A stretch of 59,714 nt of DNA, counting the filler, from Bipalium vagum (taxonomy: Eukaryota), in assembly GCA_037834085.1 (NCBI GenBank). It is 3 parts of 3 records of this genome, joined end to end, with 100 filler letters (N's around TTAATTAATTAA, not from the genome) between each part and the next. Parts side by side here need not be neighbours in the genome. Positions count along the whole stretch, not along the records: positions 16,101 to 41,396 come from JBBMKC010194054.1; 2 more parts are not named here. The stretch is one strand, 5' to 3'. Position 1 is the first letter of the stretch. The number at the start of each line of letters is the position of its first letter. The translations under genes were made by a program, and so were the position numbers. The notes below the pieces were generated by a model, which was not told the DNA's origin, searched no databases, and saw only the letters and a list, made by a program, of their open reading frames with translations. Below are positions 26,976 through 41,396 of the stretch, one piece after another.

Positions 26976-29900
26976 GTTTTAGCTCTTATTTTTGTTTTTC
27001 TTCATCCAAAAAATCAGTTTTTTACAATTTTATATATATTGATTATTATTAAATTGGTGATATTGTCAATTTTATTTGTAGTTTACTCCTCAACCATTGC
27101 TTTCAAAAACTAAGATCTGTCCAAGTCACCACTCTTTATTGCTCGGCACAAACCACTCCTGTACATGTTCTTCAAAAGCTAAATCAATCGTGCATGATAA
27201 TCAATTCAAACACTGGAAGAGTTTATCGCCCAAAGGAATCTGAACGATTGATTCTGTACTTGAAAGATATCAACTTATCGAAGTTAGATAAATGGGGCAG
27301 CAGTCAAATCATTTCATTCTTACAACAAGTGATAACGTACAAAGGATTTTACGACTCGAATCTGGAGTTCGTAGGCTTGGAAGGCGTACAGATTGTGTGC
27401 AGTATGAACTCATCGTCCAGCATGGGTCGAAGTCCTCTTTCTACTAGATTCACTTCGATTGTTCGTTTGTGTTCCATCAGTTATTCGTCTAAGGATCAGC
27501 TTGCTGACATATATACTGCCTATTTGAAACCAGTGCTCCGTAAAATGATGCCCAAACATCCTGTCTGGTCCCAGAACTCAAAAATCAAATTATTGGCCAG
27601 TACCATGGTCGAAATTTATTGTCAAATCAAATCAAAATTCACCGTTGATGATCACAGCCACTACTTGTTTACGCCAAGTGATTTGACTCAATGGATTCTA
27701 TCTTTACTCCGCTATGACATTCAAGCAAGCACAGATAATTCTCCAATTTCCCTATTGGAAATCGTTGCTTATGAATCCATGAGGATATTTCACGACAGAC
27801 TGGTCAATATCGATTCGATAAAAAGAGCCAATAGTATATTATTCAATACCATCCACAGTGAGTGGTCTGTGGAAATTGAGGATTCATTGAACAACGTTTG
27901 GTTCGTCACTTGGGGTGCTAGAGAACCCCAGGCGGCTGGTGCACCTCTTCCTGTACAAGGAAAGACGCTCGGTAAATTGACTGGTGATTATCTGAAAGAG
28001 ACTATCGAGAAAGGACTCCTGCAATATTCTCGTGAATGTCGAGATTTGGATATTTTATTGTTCAAAGAAGTACTGGATAACGTTTCGAAAATCGACCGTG
28101 TTTTAACGAGACCAGGTGGGTCAGTTTTATTGGCCGGCAGATCAGGTGTAGGACGAAGAACATCCTCGCTGTTGATGTCTCATATGCACAATATTAAGTT
28201 GATGTCACCGAAAATGTTTCGAGGTTACGGAGTTAAGCAGTTTAAAACTGACTTGAAGGCTGTCTTGCAATCTACCGGTCTGGAAGGGGAGCATGTTGTG
28301 CTGATGATGGAGGATCATCAGTTCCTGGAGCCCCAATTTCTGGAATTCATAAATAGTCTTTTAGCATCTGGAGAAGTTCCGGGTTTATATACTTCTGAAG
28401 AGTTGGATTCTTTGTTAATGCCTTTAAAAGATTTGGCAAACGAATCGGGACATCGAGGCTCACTAGCAAATTTTTTTGCTGACAGAATTAAACATTATCT
28501 TCACATCGTCTTAATAATGGACTGCACAGATCCCAATTTCGTTATCAATTGCCAGAGTAATCCGGCTTTTTTCAAATATTGTTCCGTACAGTGGCTGGAA
28601 CACTGGTCCAAAGAATCGATGTTAAAAATTCCTGATTTACTAGTAACGAAAACACCCAGAGAAGATGGAAGTCAGTTGAGACAAAACGACTCCAAGGTTG
28701 CTCAATCTCAGAAGATGATGACCGGTAATAATAGCAGCACCAACAGCTTGCTGGTATCGATTCATGAAACGTGCCCCAAAGAGAGCTCTACGCCGAGGCA
28801 GTACATGAACTTTGTGAAGATGTATATTGAGATATATTTGAAGAAGAAGAACGAAATCGAAACTCGGCAAAATCACTTGCAAGTAGGCATAAAGAAAATA
28901 AATGAGGCCAAAGAAATGGTTGCTGAGCTTAAATCAAAAGCTGCAGAGCAAAGTAAACTTTTGACCGAGAAACAATTCGAAGCCGATGAATCTTTAAAAA
29001 AAATAACTTCCGTTATGCAAGGAGCAACAGATAGGAAAAGTGAAATGGAAAAGTTAACGGTAAAAACTGCAGAAGAGAATCGCATTTTGGCCCAACGCAA
29101 AGCTGCAATTGATTCAGAACTAGCACTTATCGAACCACAGGTACGAGAAGCTCGATCGGCAGTGGGAGATATTAAATCGAGTGATTTGTCCGAAATCAGA
29201 GCGCTCAGGGCACCGCCGGATGTTATTCGCGATATTCTTGAAGGAGTATTGTTAATGATGGGGACTCTAGACACGTCGTGGGTTAGCATGAGGAACTTTC
29301 TTGGCAAAAGAGGAATACAAGAAGACATTCAGACATTTGATGCTCGCCGAATCACCAAAGAGATCCGACACCAAGTAGAAGATCTGCTGACAAGAAGCAA
29401 AGATTCCTTCGAACCCAAGGTGAAAACTAGTTTTCTCATTGATTATCTTCAACCTTAATTTATGTTTTCAATTTGCTGGTTAATGTGCTCTTTTTGAATA
29501 TTTCTTAAAACTATTTCATACAGAATGCCAAAAGAGCTTCTGTAGCAGCAGCTCCGTTGGCTGCTTGGGTGAAGGCCAATGTAAAGTACTCTTATGCACT
29601 GGAGAAAATATCCCCACTGGAAAACGAGCAAAATCAATTGAAAAAAAATCTGGATAATGCAGAAAGAAAAATGAGTGAACTGGAAAAAGGCGTTTCCGAT
29701 GTGGACAAGGCTGTTATGGGGTATCGAAAGGATTTTGAGAAGTTTACTGCCGACGCTGCCAAGTTAGAAGTAAAGATCAATATATGTGATTTATCAGTGG
29801 AGAGTTAATCTGCTAATCTATTCTCTCAATAGTATGAGCTGAAAAATGCCAATGAGACGATCAATGCTGCAGAGGATCTTGTGTCAAAACTGGAAAACGA

Positions 29901-32900
29901 ATACGATCGATGGAATAAGCAAGTGAGAATTACTTTTTATTTTGATTCCTTTTATTTGGTCGAATTTTTATTTTATAATCTTAATACTGACACTGAAGAA
30001 GTTAAAAATGTTTTTTGCAAATTTCTTGTGCCAAAAATGGTGATAGATGTGGATTCAAAGAAATCGAAAAAAAGATATCAAAGCGCTTTTCGAAAACTGT
30101 CAGTGTGGTAAACTCAACAATTTTTACTAATAAAAATTTACATAAGTATTTCTGGGAGCCATTTGTCTCATGACGTTCTAAAACCTTAAAAGGAGATTCC
30201 CACAAAAATCACAAGCCACAATAGTTTTAAATTTCTTGTCTGAAATGATGCTTTTAGATAAATTTGGTCGTTAATATATTGAACAATATTTTTTTAATCT
30301 CTGATTCTGTTGCCTTTGTTCTGCGGTTAATCTATAAGGGGTCAATCTAGCACAGACTTTTTGAAACCTTGTTTTCTAGTCCATACCTTATAATTTGTGG
30401 CCCGAATGATTTTCAATACATTTTGTATTTCTCAGATATCTTATCTTTATTAATATTATTATTAATTATCTTTATTTCTTTATCACTTGCATCATCGTCA
30501 GTGGATTTTGAAGGCATCTGTCTGATTTTTCAATTTTGTCAACGTCATAACAATCATCCATGCTATATTCTTTGGATATTTGTTAAATTTTCGTTTACAG
30601 TTTTCAGTTCACAGTATGTATTTGAGGAAATAATAAATTTCCACCAGTACAATATCATTTTTTGATTAACTAACCAATAAAAAATGTATATTGTCGCTCA
30701 TTTCATACATTGTCATTAATCGATAATTTAATATTTATTTAAATGAAAACTGAAATGATTTTAGAAGTTTGCATTTTATCAATATAAAATATAAACGAAA
30801 TNNNNNNNNNNNNNNNNNNNNNNNNNNNNNNNNNNNNNNNNNNNNNNNNNNNNNNNNNNNNNNNNNNNNNNNNNNNNNNNNNNNNNNNNNNNNNNNNNNN
30901 NNNNNNNNNNNNNNNNNNNNNNNNNNNNNNNNTATGGTGTCTCATAAGTGATTGCGTTTTTTTAGAATAATAAAAATCAAATAACTTTAAAACTGAAAAA
31001 ATTAAAATTCGAAATAAAGATTATTATGCTTTATGGTTTGAATCAATCTTTCAGCTAGTTCTTCAATGATCCCACTTTGATAATATTTTTGTAATGGGAG
31101 TCAAAAAACTGTCGATATGCCATTTCAATCTTATCGATATTAAAAAATCTCTCCTCTCTAATACTCGCTTTCGAATGATCAAAGTAGATTTTTTTTGTAA
31201 GACCTGTAGATATATGAACGAGTTGAGCTGAATAGAAATCAGAGTCGATGGCAAATTTATTTTGAACAACTTTAAAGTGAAAAACCCTTTTCCGTAATTC
31301 CACCATATATACAGTATGAAATTGCGGAGGAATCCTTCGCGTTTTGCAGTAGGTTGAGTCGTGTATCCAGGAACAAACAATTGATTATTTCCTTTATCAG
31401 GATTATCAAAATAAACCCACTATCCAGAGGATTTTGGAGTTCCAAGTTCTGCAGACAATCTGTGAGTTGAGAGATTTGATTCGACTGTTGAGTTTTTTAA
31501 ACAAAATTTTTGCGGTACGTACCGAGGTGGTACCTTCGCTTTCAACATCACCAATTTTCTTAGCCGCTTCATTCATTTTGAAATCATTTTTCCAAGAGTC
31601 TTGTAAAATTGCTCGGACTTCTACTTTTATCTTCATTTTTTAAAGTACATAAAAAAGTTGCATTGTATAAAAAAAATCCTGTGTATATTAACAGATAACT
31701 TGTTGTGCTTTATTATATTAGGTGTACAATTATGACTCCGGCTTTTTTTAATAAGAAAACAAAGACATTTATTACAAATTTTATTTAATGTAATTTATTA
31801 GAATTTGTTTATTGATCAATGTACGTCAATAATTTAGATCTAAAAAAACTACCAAAAACGCAAATACTTGAGACACCAGGGTATTAGTATTTATATCATT
31901 GTTGTTCTCTATTATTGATCCATTTATAAAGTGAGCACGAAAAACCAACCGTGATAATTCTCTGAGACATTCTCTTATAATTCTTTTGTGCTAATACCAC
32001 AAGATTTTTGATTTACAATTTTATGATTTTAATCGATGTTATCAGATTATTTTAAGATCTAATGATCTGTCATTTCACGACATTGATCTCAATTTATTTT
32101 TTCATTGTTCTTTATTAATGTCCTTTTTTCAGATAATAGAATTAAATGCCGACTTAAGTGCATTGACTTTGAAATCAATATTATCTGCTGCCAGTCTCAT
32201 TTACTTGCCCGCTTATCCGGAGGATTTCAGAAGGGAAAACCTTCGAATATGGATGGAGCTGGCAAATGTTGAAAAATTCGACTTAAGAAAATTCTTGACA
32301 ACGGAAAGAGAACAGTTGGAATGGAAGAAAGATGGTCTTTCTTCTGATGAGCTATCAATGGAAAATGCTTTAGTTATCTTAAATGTGAGATAGAATTGTT
32401 TTTCATGCCAAAATTCCCATGAGTTTCAAAATCGATAATGAATTTATTTACCTTTCAGAGTTTTGTCAGACCCTTCATGATTGATCCATCTTCCAATGCG
32501 ACGGAGTGGCTAAAAAAACATTTCAAAGAGCAAAAATTGGAAATCGTTAATCAACAGGTCTTGATGATTTTTTTTATTTTTGAAATAAAAATAATAATAA
32601 TTATTTTGGATTTCAGGATTCAAATTTTAATACAGTTCTGGAACTGTCGGTTCGTTTTGGCAAAACATTAATCATTCAAGAAGTTGATACTGTTGAACCC
32701 GTTTTATATCCCTTATTGAGAGGAGACTTGATATCTCAAGGTTTGAGGGTTTCATTCATTCTGCTATTATTATTATTATCATCTATTTTTTATTATTATT
32801 ATTAGTCCTAGTAGTTTGATGAATATATCAATTGATATTTTACAAAATAATTGATTTTAATCGGAAAATCATGTTTTAGGCCCGCGCCAAGTTGTGCAGC

Positions 32901-34015
32901 TAGGAAACAAATTGATTGATTATAACTCTGAATTCAAGCTGTTCTTGACCACAAGAAATCCTCAACCTCAACTCACACCAGATGCTTTGGCAATAATTTC
33001 CACAGTCAATTTTACTACTACCAAGGCTGGATTGAAGGGTCAGCTGTTGGCATTGACTGTGCAGCATGTGAAACCAAAATTGGAAGAAAGGAAAACTAAG
33101 TTGTTGCAAGAAGAGGAAAAGTTGAAAATAGAGTTGTCCATGATTGAAGAAACCTTGTTGGAGGTGACAGACTATTGGTTTTTCTACATTATTGATTTAT
33201 TTGTAGGAATTGGCCAATGCAACCGGAAATATATTGAATAACAAAGAACTTTTACTTTCACTTAACAAGACCAAAGAGAGCAGTATTACCATAACTCAGT
33301 CTCTGGAAGAGTCTGTTAGATTGCAGTTGTTATTGGATGAGGTATGAATCAAATATGAATTATTAATATAAAAAACTGATTTTTTTATAAAATTTCGATA
33401 AATCATTATTACTGTTCAGGAGAGAGATGCATTCTTACCACTTGCGGAACATGGCAGTTCAATATTTTTCGTCATTTCTGATCTCAGCAAAATCAATAAT
33501 ATGTATCGGTTTTCTTTATTGTCTTTTCTGAGATTGTTTCAGAGAGCCCTAAATTCTTCACAGGTTAATCATTATATTGATTATTCATAAAAATTTTATG
33601 AATGTAAGCAGCTTAACTTGGACCAAGATATTCGCAATGTCTCGCTCATTTCTTCCTTCGAGAAACTTGTTTACAATTACATATGTAGATCAATCTTTAA
33701 AGCTGATCGGTTAATGTTTGCTCTTCATATGGTACATTGTTGTCGACCTGATTTGTTCAAGCCACAAGTAATTTTGGATACATTAATCTCTTTCTCTCTG
33801 TCTTTCTTTCTTTCTTTCTTTCAGTTTCTCCTTTATTTTTCTTTAATTGTTTTGTTTTACTCTTTTTCCTTCTTTTACTTGAGTCTTTTAATTTTCAGGA
33901 ATGGGAATATTTCATTGGAACTATTGTTGGTGACAAAGTTGATAAAGTATCCAGCTTACCTAATTGGATTGATTCAGACCGAAGCACAGCAGTAACAAAC
34001 TTATCGGTATTGTCG

Positions 34016-34081
<66 letters not shown>

Positions 34082-37000
34082 TGATATACTGTAATCATTG
34101 TTATATGATAATCAATAAATTGATCATTTCTAAAAATCCCAGACAACTTTACCAGAATTGTGGTCCACTCTAACTTTGAATGATGAAGCCATGTGGCAGC
34201 AGTTTTCGAGATCCAGCGAATGTGAGCAAAATATTCCTGCAAGTCTGCAAAAGAAATTAAGTCCATTTCAAAAGCTTTTGGTCATACAGGCACTGAGACC
34301 CGACCGGTTGCAGTCGGCACTGTCTGGGTTCTGCACCAATATTTTAGGTAGGCATTTTTTTTATTGATTCAATTAATTTTTTTGAAAGAAAATTGATAAT
34401 CATCTTCTAAAAATTTTATTTACCTGAATTATGCTCAATTTAACTCAGAGGATCAAAATCTTTTTTTTTCATCAGAATTTTTTGCTTCCCCTCTTAGGAT
34501 TCGTAATTACATTTTAGATTCCTCGGGTATTTTGGTCACACTAAGAATTGAAATGAACGTTTTTTCTTAATAATTATGCTTAAATATGGATTGATTCTAT
34601 TTATTCTCGTTTTTTCTAAATGGTAATTGATTATTGATTTAATTAAAAAAATTGAAATAATTTAGAAAAAAAAAATTATTTGATACAGGGATAAATAATC
34701 TTTCTTTCAGATTTGAAGAACTTGAGTCCACCGTCTATGAATCTTCAACAAGTCTACGAATTGGAAACCATTCCCACGGAGCCCATTTTGATAATTATTT
34801 CTCCTGGAGCCGACCCTTCCCAAGATCTTCAGGAATTGGCAACACAAGTCATTGGATCAGAAAGATATAATCAAGTGAATATCTATTTTCTTTAATTTTT
34901 GGTCACATTTTCTCATCACTTTCTCAAAATCATATAATTCTCATTTCAATCCATACATAAATCAAAATTCACTTTAGACTGTTCAATCTCACTTATTAGT
35001 AATTATTATTATTTTTTTATGAAATTCCATCAATTAAAATTATTATGTTGTCCCATAAAAATGTCTTTTTATCTTTTATATATAAAGAGATATGAAATAA
35101 TTAATTACTGTTTAAAATTCAGTGATTAAATGTAATACTGAGCAATTTTTAAATCAATTTGTTTTTATAATTAATTTTAGTGCAAAATATGACCGTAAAA
35201 TATGAGATTTTATTGATTTTACGACATTATCGGTAAAGAATTGTCCGCGTTGGAAGCTGTCTCTTATTTCAGAAGTTGAAGGTCCAGTCGAGGTAAACAA
35301 GAGGACAGATATGTTGTGGTTTTCAAAGTTTACACTAGCATCCTATGTCATACCGATTGCGGAATGGTACTCATGTTTGATGAAAGAATCCTTTGAATCA
35401 AATCTTTCTCAATCAATTCTTCCATTATCCTCTAAAATTGGTTCTTCTAAGTCTACCATTCAACATCTTCATTCTTTTGGGAAAAATATACAGCTTCTTG
35501 AATTGGCCCTTAAAAACTGTCGGAAAATCATGCAATTGAACGACTTGAAATTTTTAAGTCACCTAAAAAACTCATTAGAGGACCGTTTTATCAAAAAAAC
35601 TTTTCTCGTGTAAGAAAAGTGGGTCTTATTTAATAACCTAAACAGAAAATATTAATGATTATTTACAAATGAGCCGACCGTTTCTTGTCCAAAAGTACAG
35701 CAACTTGGAAAAAAATGTCCATTTTCTTTGATAAGTGATAATAGACTAAATCTGTTTATTTATTTAAGACAACTGAAAAGATTGCATGAAGTTATGACTA
35801 CAAAATATCTTTCTTTAATCAATCAGAAGGTTTGTTACAAGTAGATAACGCACAGCCTTTTACTTTACGGAAATCAATGGCAACAATAAAAAATCTATAT
35901 AAAATTGAAATATTTCTACATCTGCCGTACTCGCCAGATGTTGCAGGTTCTGACCTTTCTTTGTTTTGCTCAATTTCGCATTACCTTCAAAGACGATGCT
36001 TTGAAAATGAAGAAGCTCTTCAAGAAGAAATGATGAAAATTTTTTACTCTAGACCTGCAAAATGGTACAAAAAAGTAGAATTCAAAATAGCTCCGTATTG
36101 GGTTCTTGTCTGTCAAAATGATGGATTAAAATTTAAAACACTTATTATAATATCGTTTATCATTTAAGCTGAAATATTTAAAATTCAATATTAAATAATT
36201 ATTATTTTCCTCATTAATTTAACCTATTATTTTGATTATCATTATTATTAATTATATTTTGTTATAATAATTGTTAATATTAAATTTTATTGTTTATTGT
36301 TATTATTTATGTACTTATGTATATTTTTATAAAATTTGTCATTTACTCAAATAATGATTTTAAAATAATGAAACCAATCAAAACAGAAATGAAAATACTT
36401 TATTTAGTGGTTTGGTCGTTAAATGAATTCATTAATGAACTTTTTATGAATACCAAGAATCGTGTGACAAAGGAAAAGTCTACCTTTGTAAATTGTAGAT
36501 TTATTATTTTATTACACGAAAAATGTCAAAATATTTTAAATAACAATAAAAAATTATTCATATTGTTTTTATAAAAAAGAGTTGAGTTATTTTTTAAGTA
36601 GTTTTGAATACCTTCTAAATTCTCTTATTTTATTGAGAATTACTTGCCATAGCTCTATAACCCTATTTTAAATTAGCTTCAGTACTTTCTTTTCATTTTA
36701 AATAAAAACATCAATAAAATAATGATTAATTTATAAAAATAAAAAATTCTCAAGTCTGTTACAAGAACCAATCAAAAAAGCTTTTATTTTCATTATATTA
36801 TTTAAACAAAAATTTTTATTTATTCTAATGGAATAAACATTAAATTATTTTCTAATTCTTTAATATTTGTGTTATCTTGTTATTTGACTGTTGAAATGTA
36901 ATTAGTTAGCAATGGGTCAAGGTCAAGCTGACATCGCTCTGAATTTATTAAGTAAATGTGCCCAAAACGGAGACTGGTTATGTTTGAAAAATCTTCATCT

Positions 37001-37704
37001 GGTCATCAGCTGGTTACCGATTTTAGAGAAAGAAATAAATTCTTTGAAACCCCATAAAGACTTTCGATTATGGTTGACAGCAGAACCTCATGTTGGGTTC
37101 CCACTAATTCTGTTACAATCCAGTTTAAAAATCACCTATGAGGTCAGTTAATAGATTTTTTGGAAAACAGATTTTTATTTGTAATTTTTCACAAGGCTCC
37201 TCCTGGAATCAAGAACAATCTGGCCAGAAATTATGAGAACTGGAACGAAGAATTCATCAATAAGACTGGCTCGGCAACCAGAGCTAATGCTTTGTTTTCA
37301 TTGGCCTGGTTCCATGCTATTATTCAAGAAAGAAGAAACTTTATCCCTCAAGGATGGTCGAAGTTTTATGAATTTTCTATCGCTGATTTGCGAGCAGGAA
37401 CAGATATAATTGACAAAATCTTGAGAGACTCTCACAAAGGTATTCAGTGGAAGTTTATCCATGGACTTTTTGAGCAGGCAATTTTTGGAGGCCGGGTCGA
37501 CAACCCATTTGACACAAGAGTACTTGGCTCATATATCAAACGATATTTCAATGATAACGTCGTAAACGGATCTGCCAACTGTTTCGGTAAACTTCACCTT
37601 CCGTCAACAACATCGAAAAAAGTAAATTCCTTAAACCTCCTTCTGTGATATTTAATAGTGATTGGTTTAAATTTAAATATTATCCATTTTTTAACAAAGA
37701 AGTC

Positions 37705-37783
<79 letters not shown>

Positions 37784-40700
37784 TGTATTAATAGTATTAT
37801 TTTGGTCATTGTTATTGATCACATATTCTATAAATACGCTTGTGAAGGACTTCTTGGGCATCATCAATCAATTACCAGACTACAACAACCCCTCCCTGTT
37901 TGGTTTGCCGGAAAATATCGACCGAAGCTCTCAACGAATAACCAGTTCTCAAGTGATTTCTCAGCTGAGGATTTTGCAAAGAATCGCCGCAACCGGAGTG
38001 ACTTTTGATAAAGATATCTGGAGCAAAGAACTTATTCCGATTTTAAATCGTTGGAAAAATTTGAACAAAGATTCACAATTGATCAAAGTAAAATTTATCG
38101 ATATGAAATTTTTGAGTTAAATTTTGAAAAATCTTTTTTTCAAGGCTCAACTACCAGATTCTTCCAAACGAAGTTCCGCTCAATCGCCTTTAATTGCCTT
38201 CCTGCACTTAGAACGATACAATTCAATAAAACTGGTCCAGTCCATTCACGCTTCTCTCACCAGCGTTTCGAAAGTCCTGAAAGGATCTCAGCTTCTGACC
38301 AAGGACGTTCAGATTCTCAGTGAGTCCCTGTTAGCTGGTCAAACGCCTGTGGTGTGGCTCGATCATTGGGAAGGACCGATAGAACCATTTGAATTTTTGC
38401 GAGTTGTTGTTTACAAGGCCAGGGCAATTGAGGTTTGCAATTTTGTGTATTGATTGAGGTGGTATTCAGATAGATCATCACACTATCCTTTTGTTCTTTA
38501 CCAATAAAAATAACATGTTGTGACCTCAAAACTTAATATTCTCTTTGGTAATAACTTAATCCTTTTTCCTTGAACAAATTACTATTTTTAAATCATATCA
38601 TTACCAAATGAAAATATTTTCATCTCTAATTTCTTTCTTGATTACCCTTGACAAATGAGAATCGATTCATGGCAATGGGTAGGACGGACCAAACGGGTTT
38701 TTTCTCATTTGCTCGTTGTTCTTTGAGACCCTTTTTAAATCTGTCAGTATCACAGTATTTCCCAACGGTACCTGGTCAACCTTTCATTTTTCTTCTTTAG
38801 AAATGGATGAGCAAAGCAGAACAGCAAGATTTATTGTCATCTGTTCTCGATCTCGGTGAATTGTTTCATCCAGATACTTTCTTAAATGCACTCAGACAAT
38901 GGACGGCTAGATCAATACAAATTTCCATGGATGAGCTGAAACTAGTTTGCAGATGGAATGGTGCAGGAACATCGAAACATGTACTGAAAATTGGAAATCT
39001 GCAAATCGAGGGTTGCCTTTTTGACGGATCTAGCTTGTCAGAGTGCGCCAGAGATTCCAGTTCAGTTATGATGCTACCTCCAATGACTGCAGAATGGGTA
39101 CCAAAGGTAATTTTCTTTTTTTTGTATTACTATTATTATTGTATTTTATTATATTTTTTTATTTATTTTATTATATTTTTATTATTAAGTGCAAAACTAT
39201 GACTCCGGCTTTTTTAAAAAATGATAATAAAAATTTTGTTTGCATGTATATCTAAATTATATTTAATTTGATTTATAAACAAAAATATCATGTAATTAAT
39301 TACGAATTTTCTTGTGACCATCAAATTAATTTTTATAACACTTTATTTTTAGTAATAGTTTTTATTATTTATTCTAATTTTAGAATTATGTTTAATTTCT
39401 TCATTATTTTTTATGAACATAATTTATATTTTATTTATTTATTTAATTTTAAATATTTCTCAGGATTTACTAGATGTTACAATATATTTTTTTATACATT
39501 CACTAAAAACTTTCTATTTAATTACATTCACTAAAAATTTTCGATTTAATAATATTAGAATTACAATATCTTCTATCATGCAAAAGATTACACAAAGATT
39601 GAATCAAAAAATAAATTTATCATGCAAAACATTTTACAAAGATTAAATCAGAAGCAGGTTACGTTACCAAAAGATCCCACAAATAAAAAATTGGGTTTGG
39701 GTCATAATCAAGTTATATCACGAAACAGTTGTTTTAATATTCCTTGTTTAAATATAAGAGCGATTCACAGTGTCAATATTCATCCCAAATAAAGCATGCA
39801 TTCCCGAAGCATGCGGGAAGTAATTCTACATTACTTTATTGCCAGGAAAACTGAAGTGGAAACGTACCGCTTGCTTCGAGATACCTATGAAGAACATGCT
39901 CCTTCGATGACTCATGTAAAAATTGGTTTTGCCGTTTTAGAAATGGCCAATATGATACGAACGACAAGGAGCATGGGAAGCCATAAAAACAATGTGAAGA
40001 TAAAGATTTGAGAAGGCTATTGGAAGCCCCATGCCAAACACAATCTGATCTGGCTGTCGCATTAAATTTGACTCAACAATGTATTTTAAAACGTCTGGCA
40101 GCTTTATGAATTATTCGAAAATTAGGAATTTGGATCCCATATGAATTGACAGAAAGATGCATTGAACGGCGAAAAACAATTTGTGATGTTCTTCTTCAGA
40201 GACAAAAAAGGAAAAGTTTTTGTATCGATTTATCACAGCAGACGAAAAATGAATTCGTGATGCCAGGTAAACCCGGTCCATCAACACCAAAACAAGATGT
40301 CCACTGTTTGAAAGTTACGTTTTGTATCTGGTGGGATCAGAAATGAGTGATTTATTATGAATTTTTAAAATCTTCTCAAACACTAACTGGTGAACTTTAT
40401 CGATCACAATTAATTCGTTTGTAGCAAGCTTTGAATGAAAAACGACCGGAATGGGTGACTAGACACGAAAAGATAATTTTACAACATGATAACGCAAGAG
40501 CACACGTTAATTCAGTTGTAAATAATTACTTAGAAGGTACAAAGTGTGAAGTCTTACCTCACCCGCCCTGTTCACCAGGCATCGCTCCTTCGGATTACCA
40601 TTTGTTCCGCTCTTTGCAATCAGTTTTTTACGGAGAGCGGTTCAGTTCCCTTGAAGACCTCCAAAATTGGATTGAAAGCTGGATTTCATCAAAAGACCCA

Positions 40701-41120
40701 GAGTTTTTCTTTCATGGAATTTATTCGTTACCTGAAAGATGGGAAAAGATGGTTGTAGCTTCCAATGGAACATATTTTCAATAAATACTTTTAAATAAAA
40801 TTTGTAATAAATGTCTTTTTTTTCTTTTTAAAAAAAGCCGGAGTCATAGTTGTACACCTAATATCTTTTATTATTAATTTTTATTTTTATTAATATATTA
40901 ACATTACCCTTATATAATTATCATAAATAATATCATTTTAATATTCATTTTGATCATGCAGACTCAACCAGATCTTTACGCAGCCGATCAGATGATAAGC
41001 ATTCCTCTGTATTACGATAACCTCAGAGATAAGATTGTCACTAAAATTGATATGCCTTGTCAAAGGGACCAGCAGGACAAATGGATTCTTTCTGGAGTCG
41101 CTTTATTTTTGAAATCATAA
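17015..41120 (+). CDS. DYNC2H1: Cytoplasmic dynein-2 heavy chain (IFT retrograde motor), 5'-partial, 33 exons
   Basis: Phase-consistent GT-AG exons: 17015-17113, 17165-17341, 17408-17701, 19247-19436, 19489-19739, 19791-19990, 20042-20197, 21669-21780, 21838-23184, 23823-24185, 24238-24518, 25401-26017, 26080-26417, 26480-26907, 27082-29419, 29524-29769, 29833-29922, 32133-32384, 32459-32557, 32617-32740, 32880-33163, 33207-33341, 33420-33563, 33609-33767, 33899-34006, 34143-34347, 34711-34874, 36906-37142, 37196-37621, 37848-38087, 38145-38432, 38801-39106, 40962-41120 (TAA). P-loops [31 protein letters not shown] and the C-terminus GVALFLKS* match dynein-2. The N-terminal tail lies outside the contig. 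Confidence 0.96.
18040..18150 (-). mobile_element. Mariner C-terminal fragment in dynein intron
   Basis: Minus strand [14 protein letters not shown] (HPPYSPDL-like). Confidence 0.5.
20510..21382 (-). mobile_element. 3'-truncated mariner in dynein intron
   Basis: TIR TTAGGTACCGGAATACTTCATGTCG plus TA. ORF 20405-20866 gives [38 protein letters not shown], then runs into low-complexity DNA. Confidence 0.85.
30802..30932. other. Scaffold gap (131 N) inside dynein intron
   Basis: Plain N run. Exon phase of the dynein gene is continuous across it. Confidence 0.95.
30933..31883 (-). mobile_element. Deleted mariner element with a nested solo TIR of another family
   Basis: Imperfect TIRs TGGTGTCTCATAAGTGATTGCGTTTTT / AAAAACGCAAATACTTGAGACACCA. 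ORFs 31406-31636 (HTH) and 31063-31380 (LYIWWN). Internal TTAGGTGTACAATTATGACTCCGGCTTTT at 31718. Confidence 0.75.
34017..34080. repeat. (TTA)n microsatellite in dynein intron
   Basis: Perfect trinucleotide run. Confidence 0.95.
35043..36230 (+). mobile_element. Decayed mariner in dynein intron
   Basis: TIR-like TTATGTTGTCCCATAAAAATGTC. ORF 35832-36167 gives [33 protein letters not shown]. Right end is approximate. Confidence 0.75.
37705..37782. repeat. (AAT)n microsatellite in dynein intron
   Basis: Perfect trinucleotide run, the source of the spurious poly-Ile ORFs. Confidence 0.95.
39185..40861 (+). mobile_element. Full-length mauritiana (Mos1-like) mariner, pseudogenised, in last dynein intron
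   Basis: TIRs TTAAGTGCAAAACTATGACTCCGGCTTTTT / AAAAAGCCGGAGTCATAGTTGTACACCTAA with TA flanks. Mos1-like motifs ([74 protein letters not shown]). Confidence 0.92.
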
Positions 41121-41396
41121 ATATTTTATTGTTTTAAAACGAGATTTTTCACAATATTTTGAAGTATTTCACCATTTCTTTGTTTGATTATAATTATCTT
41201 TGTTATTATTTATTGATTTTGGTCTGAAATGTTAGCGTTACTTCAAAAGTTCTCCAAAAAAAATCGAATAAAACAAACAAAATATATAGTTTTATAATAG
41301 TTTTAATCTTGTGAACATCATAAATTTATTTTTTAAATAGACGCATTTCAATAGTTTTGAACAAAATTTTTCCAAACATTTATTATCAAGAAACAT

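Noticed and set aside
21891-29637. Many antisense and alternate-frame ORFs over dynein exons
   Set aside because: Shadows of the dynein coding sequence with no independent motifs.
30739-30951. ORFs containing X runs
   Set aside because: Read through the N gap.
37594-38008. Poly-Ile ORFs (also 33895-34266)
   Set aside because: Translations of intronic (AAT)n/(TTA)n microsatellites.
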